NCBI GenBank assembly: GCA_040954595.2
Contig: CM082576.2
Coordinates: 10,295,129-10,359,128, forward strand
Direction of reading: 5' to 3'
From: Balanoglossus misakiensis
Taxonomy: Eukaryota; Animalia; Hemichordata
Length of the DNA stretch: 64,000 nt
Shown here: positions 39,781 through 50,300 of the stretch, piece after piece
Numbering within the stretch: the first letter of the stretch is position 1
Layout of the letters: each line of letters begins with the position of its first letter
Translations under genes and position numbers: made by a program
The notes under the pieces: generated by a model
What the model was told of the DNA's origin: nothing
Seen by the model: only the letters and a program-made list of their open reading frames with translations
The model's database searches: none

Positions 39781-41380
39781 GTCTTGCATTGAAAGTTAAA
39801 AATCGCTTATACGAAGTCCCCAACATTGCCTCTTACCTGTAGCAGTTATCTTCTCCATATCATGCGGGTCTACTTATTTAATCTCTCAAGGACCAAAATG
39901 CTGAGTTACAAAATGCAACCAGTCACCAGATATATATAGCCTAGGCCCAGTCAAAAGGGATCTTTTATAGGGCATCAGGTATTGTGTATAGGCAAAGGTC
40001 TGTATCGAACCATGGAGGTAGGCCTCCGCACTGAATTAATACTCATTTCAATAAAGGCTATGCCGCATTACCATTTATTGTAATTTCCACTAAAGATGTA
40101 ATCAAATGTTGATTAAATAGTACGCCGGACGACCTAATGCTCAGGAAATGAGCTGGTTCTTTGACACTGCGGAGTTCTGAATAGGGATAGGCCTTTATCT
40201 TATTACGCCATTAGAGCATGTACCGTCAACTTGATGGTAGACCCTAGAGAAGTCATCATACAAGTAGTAAATTCATGTTCAGAAGATACTAGTACTACAC
40301 CGTTGTTCCACAAGAACAGGTTTCACCGGACTGTGAGTTCACGTGTTACACAATGCCATATATAGTAAATTGTTTTCAAATAAATTATCCAGCTAATAAT
40401 CTCCACAAAGCAAACTGCTTATTGGATTATCTGCAAATGGGTGTGATTCTGGCTTTTGCCGCAAAAGGAGTTATATAACTCATTTGAAAAGAAAAGTATT
40501 TTTCTCGATTTTTGATGTTGTTTTTTTCGCTCCTAAAAAGCCAATAGGTCAACACTTCTAATCAGTACTATTTTGGTGTAACAAACCAAATCCGATCACG
40601 ATACTCCAGTGTTTAAAATCGATCACTGCACAGCTTGTCAGCGTAAATAAACCATGCGCGGTCAGGGTGACCGTGCCATAGCCTGCAAAATAGCCACTAT
40701 CAGCCGACGAGCCAGATAACACCCGGTAAAAAACCCGTGAGTCGTACGCGTACACATGCATGCAGTAGAGCCTACACAGAGAGAGACTAATCTGGCAGGT
40801 CGATCATAAAATAAAGGTTTGAACAAGATCATTTTCCTGAAGAAGAAAAAATACCGGTCAGGCTACAATTGAATCACGGAGGTACCACAGTAGTAGCTGC
40901 ATGGTTGAATGATATATGATTAAAATCAACCGAAGACATATCTCTATATTAAACACGGTTACTGGTAACAACAGTAGTCCACGATTTAAATCAGTTTGGT
41001 AGAGTTCCACCTCCCGCACTAATTGGAACATTTTACTGACTATTATCAGTAAAATTATCTTTAGTACGCCATAAACGCTTTTTTGCGCGTCATAGGATGT
41101 GTATGTTGGGGAGGGGTCATGCCATTGGAATCAGTACCTCTGTACCTCCATGCTCTGTACACTCACAGTTGTGGTTCACTGAATGCAGGTAGACTTCAGA
41201 GCGATCACGACACATCGAGGCGATTTGTTTATGGTTTGGTTGCGGGTGATAAGACAACCAATAGAGGTGTCGCTGTCCTTTTTATTTAAATTATTGATAA
41301 TACTTGTCAGCTCAATCTCAATCTCAAACACACACATACACATTGGACATGCTAACAGGATGTAGATACATGAGATAACC

Positions 41381-41441
41381 TAGCCCTGCGTACAGATCTG
41401 CGTGCTAACGCCGGGAGCACACAGACCTGTACGCGGGGCTA
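41381..41441. mobile_element. 61-bp miniature hairpin transposon, AcademH-like termini
   Basis: TAGCCCTGCGTACAGATCTG...CAGACCTGTACGCGGGGCTA, with a 9-bp TSD GAGATAACC/AAGATAACC (1 mismatch). Confidence 0.7.
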
Positions 41442-42729
41442 AAGATAACCCAAGATTCAATCTATTACAGAATATATTCTTTCACTGTCTATGCTTTCAC
41501 GGATCACGTTTTCAGTCCTGATTAAACTGTATGAGAGATATAATGGCTGATAACATCTATTGCATTATTTGAGATCGAAGGTGATAAAAGCCCTGACCTT
41601 AATTAATTTTCAAGTGTTATATCGTTTTAATTAAAATGTCAACATGACCAAAGGTAATTTGGATTTGATAGATAATAAAGATTGCTTAATTCACAAAGTG
41701 TTTCAGAACCCTGGAACCTATTGGCGATAGAAGGATAGTCATTTGTATGGTGAACAACTGAGCCCGTGAGGAATATCCGCATTATTTCCAAGCACTTATT
41801 GTTGATGTTGGTCATCAACGAAGGCTAGCGAAGTTCGGGATAGGGGCTGTTTTATTCCTGCGTGCCATATCGCATCGCTTCTCCGAGTATTATGTTCGTG
41901 CAGTTCGACACGTAGATTTCATGATGAGCGGGTGGTGCTACGTTTCTTCAGAGATTTCGCAGTTTGAGAGTCTCCCTTGCCCGAGCCCATGATAAAGCGA
42001 ATGCCGTACTAAACCTCATATAGGCCTACATCGTAATCATGATTTATCATTGACACCTGTTGGATCGCTCCAAGGCCCCTCTCCATCACCGTAGTTGGAA
42101 TAATTGCCTGAGGCTCGTAGGTGTGTGTTGTTTATTCAGGCATTTAATTTAGCTCTGTGATTTATAATGACGAATGGGTAATTCGATGGGACCGTTTGGA
42201 TAGTACAGTTACAACATCGGAAAAATTAGAACCCGGAGTGTTGTATTAAAAGATGCTGTCCGTCAAAGGCCGGTATCGCGTGGATGTGGGAAGCAATTTT
42301 CGGACTGTGGATGGGGGAACCGATCCTATATTCTACATGCCAGCTACAACTTTTAATCACATATCTGTAGTCTGTAAATTATCATTTTCACTTTTTTTAT
42401 GCGGATTTAACTATGATAACGCTAAATTTATAGACTGAGATGGCGTGCGCGACTGCGAACAGAATACGCTAGCGCGCGTGTGAAGCAACGTTTTGAAATA
42501 CAGTGGACACAGAGGGCGCTCTGATGGGTTGGTTTTCATATTTTTTTTATCTCGCCCGTCGTTGGTTTATCCGAACGTTCCGTGTTTTATTTTTATTTTT
42601 TCATGAAGGACCACTGATGAACTGTGATGTACCAATTTTGTCTCTTATGTATAATACGAATATTTCTATCTAAAAATAAAGAACTGGAGAGAAAAAAGAA
42701 CGTCATTCTAGAACGAAGGTGTGCCTCTC

Positions 42730-42765
42730 TTTCTGATTGGCCGTAAGTTCGTCGCCCCTGGTAAC
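42730..42765 (+). promoter_or_regulatory. Putative usherin promoter: inverted CCAAT (ATTGG) plus RFX X-box GTCGCC-CCT-GGTAAC (42751-42765)
   Basis: Matches the X-box consensus GTNRCC(N0-3)RGYAAC, in a CpG-enriched patch just upstream of a strong donor site. Confidence 0.45.
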
Positions 42766-42769
42766 GATA

Positions 42770-42881
42770 GAGTGTTGTCGGAGTCTCGGTTATTCTTTGT
42801 CTGTTTGCGACGACGTCAACAGCGTTCAACCCGTCGTTTCTCTTCTGCTTTTTTTTCTCCGCATCGTTTATTTGCTCACAG
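42770..42881 (+). other. Probable non-coding first exon of usherin (donor CAG|GTAAGT at 42881/42882), joining the acceptor at 50152/50153
   Basis: CpG-rich promoter-like region with an inverted CCAAT and an X-box just upstream, followed by a perfect donor. The ATG-bearing exon has an acceptor 148 nt upstream of the ATG. Human USH2A also has a non-coding exon 1. The start coordinate is approximate. Confidence 0.5.
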
Positions 42882-43422
42882 GTAAGTGAAATGTTACCAT
42901 TTGGGGTTCAACTTTAAGGTTACTTTTGTGTTGTACGCCAGAATTAGTGCGTCATTCTGCGCCGTCTTTTCCGACATTTGAAATTTATTCGAACTGACAA
43001 TGACGTTAATCTTCCAACATTCACGCACGATAGAGAATATTCTGTACTGCCGATATCTTTATAGGGTAAATTTTTCGACGGTCAACTGGCATCGGCGAGA
43101 CACCGTCCGATCCACACTGTTTTATTAGTTCGGCGCGGGGAGCCTCGGAAGTTTTGACAATTTCTCGTGTCGGATATAAACATAGTTTGGCTACCGAAGA
43201 TGCTGAGAAACAAAATCGCTTAAATTTACAGGAGGCCCTACAATATTGCAAGATATTTGTGTTACTTTTATTTGTGTTACTAGGGCTGCGATGGTTGTTG
43301 ATGGGTCACCCATCACTTGAGTGACAATATCCGCGACGGCATCATAAACGATCGAGAACTTTGCAATATGCAAAAGAGCGACAACTCAGCGCAGCTATTG
43401 CAGTTATCTGTACTTTTACAAA

Positions 43423-43461
43423 TCTCTCTCTCTTTCTCTGCCCCCTCTCTCTATCTCTCTC
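43423..43461. repeat. Imperfect (CT)n microsatellite
   Basis: Directly visible. Confidence 0.65.
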
Positions 43462-44509
43462 ATATCTGCTGTCACAAACATTAACACAAATGCATCTACA
43501 CCTAAAATGATATGTTTGAAACATGCCGCTGCAGAGTTTGAGTCATGTTATTAACCTGGAGATATCAAAATTCAGAAATGTCAGGGGTCGCTGAAAGACA
43601 AATTGTACTCCCCCTCGGGACTATATGTAATTGTTGGACAATGTTGACTCGTCAAACGGGCAAGTGAACGGAAGAAAGCACAGATCATATTAAAACAAAC
43701 CTACTGAAAATGTGCAAAATAAAATCGCACTCCCCTGAGCCCATCACAGGGAAACAACAATCCAGGCATCTCACATTTCATCCAGACATCCAGACAAGAG
43801 TTGGCAAACTACACAAATATTACATGGTGTTTCAGACATGAAAGATTTTAATAACTGGTGTTATGCGTTTTGTTTGAAAAACACACACATCAAAATTCTT
43901 GTTAAAATCCAAATTCGCGACAGTACACTCAGACAATTTTCTGATAGTATTAAATAGTAAGAATTCACACAACCTCAATGTTTTAATAGTAACACACACA
44001 GATCATTTTAAAATATGTTGGAAAGAAAAAACAAAAGACAGTTTACATCATGATGGACGCCAGAGAAATATGGCTATGTAATGTTACATTGTCATATAAA
44101 TTATTAAGTTACTAGTATTTGATTTTATTCTCTACCATATTGTTCTGAAACACAATAGCTCATACACTGTTCTCAGTTTGAATGACAATCAAAGACATGT
44201 TACGAAAATAATTGATGTGAAATAAGTATATCTCCAAATATTAGATGTCTGTATCTCTTAATGGTTAACTGTCCCAGATGATAAATATCACTAAATGGTG
44301 AGTCTCCTAGTTGTATAAATAGTAGCAATATTACCCAGCCATTATTAAAACTTTCAAAGCACAACACAGACGTCGACACATACAGCACAACACAGACAAT
44401 CAATAATGTACACAGAATAAAGTCAAGTCTGAGAAAACAAGATATATGGACTTCTTGTAAAAACGACCATGATGTGAGCTCAAGAATTTCGAGAATAGAA
44501 AATAGTAAA

Positions 44510-44715
44510 TAGTAAATGGTAAGTTTCTCTGAATATTAGTAACTATGAATGGCAGGTATCTATGAATGGTAAGCCTATTAGATGCATGGTAAGTATCTCG
44601 CAATGGTAAGTTTCCTAAATGGTTAGTATCACTGAATTACTTCCTGAAATGTATAAATATCTCTCAATGGTAAGTTTCCTCGATGGTAAGTATCATTGTA
44701 TGATGAGTCTCCTAG
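44510..44715 (+). repeat. Degenerate ~16-17 bp minisatellite with consensus AATGGTAAGTWTCYC
   Basis: Repeated ATGGTAAGT-like cores at 44518, 44551, 44568, 44588, 44605, 44621, 44669 and 44685, with more diverged copies back to about 44220. Confidence 0.7.
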
Positions 44716-44738
44716 AGGTTTCCTGACCACACAGTTTG

Positions 44739-47700
44739 CTTGACCAGTAGGGTGGAAGATGAAGACCAAAATGGTTGCAATGTCTAAAGGGTTTGGTGGT
44801 AAAGGCCAATCCCAGCAGTGGGTCAAGTGCTGGCAACCTCTGACCCCATAAGTGTCTTGACCAAGAGGATGGAACATGGAGACAAAATGGTTGCAATGTC
44901 TGAAGGGTTTGGTGGTAAAGACCAACCCCAGCGGTGGGTCAAGTGCTGGCAACCTCTGACCCCATAAGTGTCTTGACCAAGAGGATGGAACATGAAGACA
45001 AAATGGTTGCAATGTCTGAAGGGTTTGGTGGTAAAGACCAACCCCAGCAGTGGGTCAAGTGCTGGCAACCTCTGACCCCATAAGTGTCTTGACCAAGAGG
45101 ATGGAACATGAAGACAAAATGGTTGCAATGTCTGAAGGGTTTGGTGGTAAAGACCAACCCCAGCAGTGGGTCAAGTGCTGGCAACCTCTGACCCCATAAG
45201 TGTCTTGACCAAGAGGATGGAACATGAAGACAAAATGGTTGCAATGTCTGAAGGGTTTGGTGGTAAAGACCAACCCCAGCAGTGGGTCAAGTGCTGGCAA
45301 CCTCTGACCCCATAAGTGTCTTGACCAAGAGGATGGAACATGAAGACAAAATGGTTGCAGTGTCTGAAGGGTTTGGTGGTAAAGACCAACCCCAGCAGTG
45401 GGTCAAGTGCTGGCAACCTCTGACCCCATAAGTGTCTTGACCAAGAGGATGGAACATGAAGACAAAATGGTTGCAATGTCTGAAGGGTTTGGTGGTAAAG
45501 ACCAACCCCAGCAGTGGGTCAAGTGCTGGCAACCTCTGACCCCATAAGTGTCTTGACCAAGAGGATGGAACATGAAGACAAAATGGTTGCAATGTCTGAA
45601 GGGTTTGGTGGTAAAGACCAACCCCAGCAGTGGGTCAAGTGCTGGCAACCTCTGACCCCATAAGTGTCTTGACCAAGAGGATGGAACATGAAGACAAAAT
45701 GGTTGCAATGTCTGAAGGGTTTGGTGGTAAAGACCAACCCCAGCAGTGGGTCAAGTGCTGGCAACCTCTGACCCCATAAGTGTCTTCACCAAGAGGATGG
45801 AACATGAAGACAAAATGGGTGCAATGTCTGAAGGGTTTGGTGGTAAAGACCAACCCCAGCAGTGGGTCAAGTGCTGGCAACCTCTGACCCCATAAGTGTC
45901 TTCACCAAGAGGATGGAACATGAAGACAAAATGGTTGCAATGTCTGAAGGGTTTGGTGGTAAAGACCAACCCCAGCAGTGGGTCAAGTGCTGGCAACCTC
46001 TGACCCCATAAGTGTCTTGACCAAGAGGATGGAACATGAAGACAAAATGGTTGCAATGTCTGAAGGGTTTGGTGGTAAAGACCAATCCCAGCGGTGGGTC
46101 AAGTGCTGGCAACCTCTGACCCAATAAGTGTCTTGACCAAGAGGATGGAACATGAAGACAAAATGGTTGCAATGTCTGAAGGGTTTGGTGGTAAAGACCA
46201 ACCCCAGCAGTGGGTCAAGTGCTGGCAACCTCTGACCCCATAAGTGTCTTCACCAAGAGGATGGAACATGAAGACAAAATGGTTGCAATGTCTGAAGGGT
46301 TTGGTGGTAAAGACCAATCCCAGCGGTGGGTCAAGTGCTGGCAACCTCTGACCCCATAAGTGTCTTGACCAAGAGGATGGAACATGAAGACAAAATGGGT
46401 GCAATGTCTGAAGGGTTTGGTGGTAAAGACCAACCCCAGCGGTGGGTCAAGTGCTGGCAACCTCTGACCCCATAAGTGTCTTCACTAAGAGGATGTCACA
46501 TCAAGAAGACCAACGAGGCTGATATATGTTATAGAGGTTTGGTGGTAAAGACCAATCCCAGCGGTGGGTCAAGTGCTGGCAACCTCTGACCCCATAAATG
46601 TCTTGACCAAGAGGATGGAACATGAGGACCAAACTGGTTGCAATGTCTGAAGGGTTTGGTGGTAAAGACCAATCCCAGCGGTGGGTCAAGTGCTGGCAAC
46701 CTCTGACCCCATAAGTGTCTTGACCAATAGGATGGAACATGAAGACAAAATGGTTGCAATGTCTGAAGGGTTTGGTGGTATTTAAAAGACCAAACTCAAC
46801 GGTGGGTCAAGTGCTGGCAACCTCTGACCCCTTAAGTGTGTTGACCAATAGGATCAAGTGCTAGTAACATCTGACCCCGGCCATAAGTGTCCTGACGAGG
46901 AGGATGGAACTTGAAGACCAAAATGGTTGCAATGTCTAAAGGGTTTGGTGGTAAAGACCAAACTCAACGGTGGGTCAAGTGCTGGCAACCTCTGACCCCA
47001 TAAGTGTGTTGACCAATAGGATTGAACATGAAGACCAAAATGGGTGCAATGTCTGAAGGGTTTGGTGGTAAAGACCAACCCCAGCAGTGGGTCAAGTGCT
47101 GGCAACCTCTGACCCCATAAGTGTCTTCACCAAGAGGATGGAACATGAAGACAAAATGGGTGCAATGTCTGAAGGGTTTGGTGGTAAAGACCAACCCCAG
47201 CAGTGGGTCAAGTGCTGGCAACCTCTGACCCCATAAGTGTCTTCACCAAGAGGATGGAACATGAAGACAAAATGGTTGCAATGTCTGAAGGGTTTGGTGG
47301 TAAAGACCAACCCCAGCAGTGGGTCAAGTGCTGGCAACCTCTGACCCCATAAGTGTCTTGACCAAGAGGATGGAACATGAAGACAAAATGGTTGCAATGT
47401 TTGAAGGGTTTGGTGGTAAAGACCAATCCCAGCGGTGGGTCAAGTGCTGGCAACCTCTGACCGAATAAGTGTCTTGACCAAGAGGATGGAACATGAAGAC
47501 AAAATGGTTGCAATGTCTGAAGGGTTTGGTGGTAAAGACCAACCCCTGCGGTGGTCAAGTGCTGGCAACCTCTGACCCCATAAGTGTCTTGACCAAGAGG
47601 ATGGAACATGAAGACAAAATGGTTGCAATGTCTGAAGGGTTTGGTGGTAAAGACCAATCCCAGCGGTGGGTCAAGTGCTGGCAACCTCTGACCCCATAAG

Positions 47701-48482
47701 TGTCTTGACCAAGAGGATGGAACATGAAGACAAAATGGGTGCAATGTCTGAAGGGTTTGGTGGTAAAGACCAACCCCAGCGGTGGGTCAAGTGCTGGCAA
47801 CCTCTGACCCCATAAGTGTCTTCACTAAGAGGATGTCACATCAAGAAGACCAACGAGGCTGATATATGTTATAGAGGTTTGGTGGTAAAGACCAATCCCA
47901 GCGGTGGGTCAAGTGCTGGCAACCTCTGACCCCATAAGTGTCTTCACCAAGAGGATGTCACATCAAGAAGACCAAAGAGGCTGATATATGTTATAGAGGT
48001 TTGGTGGTAAAGACCAATCCCAGCGGTGGGTCAAGTGCTGGCAACCTCTGACCCCATAAATGTCTTGACCAAGAGGATGGAACATGAGGACCAAACTGGT
48101 TGCAATGTCTGAAGGGTTTGGTGGTAAAGACCAATCCCAGCGGTGGGTCAAGTGCTGGCAACCTCTGACCCCTTAAGTGTGTTGACCAATAGGATCAAGT
48201 GCTAGTAACATCTGACCCCGGCCATAAGTGTCCTGACGAGGAGGGTGGAACTTGAAGACCAAAATGGTTGCAATGTCTAAAGGGTTTGGTGGTAAAGACC
48301 AAACTCAACGGTGGGTCAAGTGCTGGCAACCTCTGACCCCATAAGTGTGTTGACCAATAGGATTGAACATGAAGACCAAAATGGTTACAACATCTAAAGG
48401 GTTTGGTGGTAAAGATCAACCCCAGCAGTGGGTCAAGTGCCGGCAACCTCTGACCCCGTATTTTTCTGAACCAGGAGGATGG
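44739..48482. repeat. Tandem satellite, 116-bp unit, about 32 copies, with variant units and a higher-order duplication
   Basis: The unit AAGTGCTGGCAACCTCTGACCCCATAAGTGTCTTGACCAAGAGGATGGAACATGAAGACAAAATGGTTGCAATGTCTGAAGGGTTTGGTGGTAAAGACCAACCCCAGCAGTGGGTC repeats with near identity. ORF-track entries recur at 116-bp offsets. Confidence 0.97.
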
Positions 48483-50300
48483 GTCATCACGAATATCAAA
48501 CAGGCATGTTTACTAAAGAAGCTGACCTATTATTGACGTACGTTACAGCAATTTGTCAAAATTATCTAGCTTTGCCGAATATGTTCACATTTTTTCTTTC
48601 TTGTCCGTGACATTGCTTTTATTCTTCTTGTATTTAAGGAGAAATGAGAAATGTGTGTTTTTATCTTTGTTTTCAAGGTGAGTAAACACCTCTTTGCTGG
48701 TCAGAGCATAGGAAAAATCCTACCTCCCTGCCTTCAAGTGTTTGGCACGAAGGAAGGGTTGGGTAGCCCGCTCGCAGTGCTGGTACATACAAAATTAAAG
48801 TATGAGAATAAGATTTTTGTATTTACTTATACTTCTATTATAATAAAAGTGTCATTTTTACGTCATAGTAGCTTGGTGTGTTTTTATTCAGTGTATATAA
48901 ACAACAATAAAATTTCAAGTTGTATTTTAACACAATATATACACGAGGTGTGACATCGGAAAAATATTCCTCGGGTCGATGATTTATACCAACAAACTGT
49001 TTTCGGTATATTTAATGTTGTTCTACCCAAGTCCTAAACGTCATCCGATACAGGTGACATAATACTTTCGTCACCCCTGAAAGTTGGCTGTATTCGAGAA
49101 AGTTCTAGAGGGTAGTCAAATCGGAAAAAGGAACAGCAGCGCTTTCCGAATTCGTGCCCTTTTTCAATTTTTTGCGTACGGGTACACAGAATAATCACAA
49201 CTAGGGATTTCGGAAAATACAAACATAAAGAACGAAAGAGTAAAATAAACGGTATTAGGCCTATAAACGTCTCCAATAGAAAAAAATGTATGGGTTTGAG
49301 CGAAAACACACAGCCTACGTAGCCTAAACCACATGAAAGTTCGGATATTCGATGAGTTTTCTGAAAACGTATGTTTTGTTTGCTATGTTATATATTTATA
49401 TGAAAATTACAATGTTGGAAAATATAGAGCAGACAATATATATATCGCTATGCTGAGAGAGGGTAGGATTGAGAGTTAGATTGGAGAAATCGCGGGGGTG
49501 CCAGGTAGGCCTGTGTGAAATAAAATGCGGCAAATTGTCTTTTCCGTTTATATGTTTTGTTTTAATTTTGAAATACACCCAATCCCACATTCAAAACCAA
49601 TCCTGGGTTCATGTAACATCGATGATTCATAAGCCATGGTGAACCACCCAGTTTGTAATACTCTTAGCCATTGTCTATGCATGGATGATCCCTGCATGCC
49701 AGCTGATACCAGAACGAGGCAAATTTACACAATAGGTGAAAATTACAACGTACGCTTGTATCAACCAGACGACGTTCGTCTGCTGAGGTCGATCGGGACA
49801 CGGTATATCTCGCGATCGGGAAGACAGGAATACACTGGATCGCAATCTACTCCATAAGGTGTGTAGCATTTACGATTGCCGACCGGTACGTATCAAAACA
49901 CGATTCACACTTCCTTGCATTGTAGGAGTAATATGATGCATAGTGGAACGCCGATAATCGAAACCGTGTACACATAAACATACAACGGAGTGCAATGTTT
50001 TCAAGCAAAAATATTTTGCCATTCGTATCATTTGCTAGTAATTTTTGTCAGATCTTGTTGTCACTTTGCATCGCCACCTTAATGACATTTGACTGCATAA
50101 ACCGAGTGTGTATATTGTCTGAAATGTATTATTTTTTAAATTTAAACAACAGGTAGCGTCTAATCAATATGGCGTACAACACATAGCATGTACGTGTATA
50201 CGTAATAGGCGTCAGTGAAAGTGACCCGCCAACGGTCAACATACCGGAGCTGAGACCGATCGCGGCACACATATATATTGTTAAACGCTGACACGGAATC

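Noticed and set aside
44739-48482. CRISPR-like array, hammerhead-ribozyme satellite, or repeat-encoded proteins (many 80-180 aa ORFs)
   Set aside because: There are no unique spacers and no CUGANGA/GAAA hammerhead core on either strand. The 116-bp unit is not a multiple of 3, so the ORFs are periodic frame-shifting artefacts.
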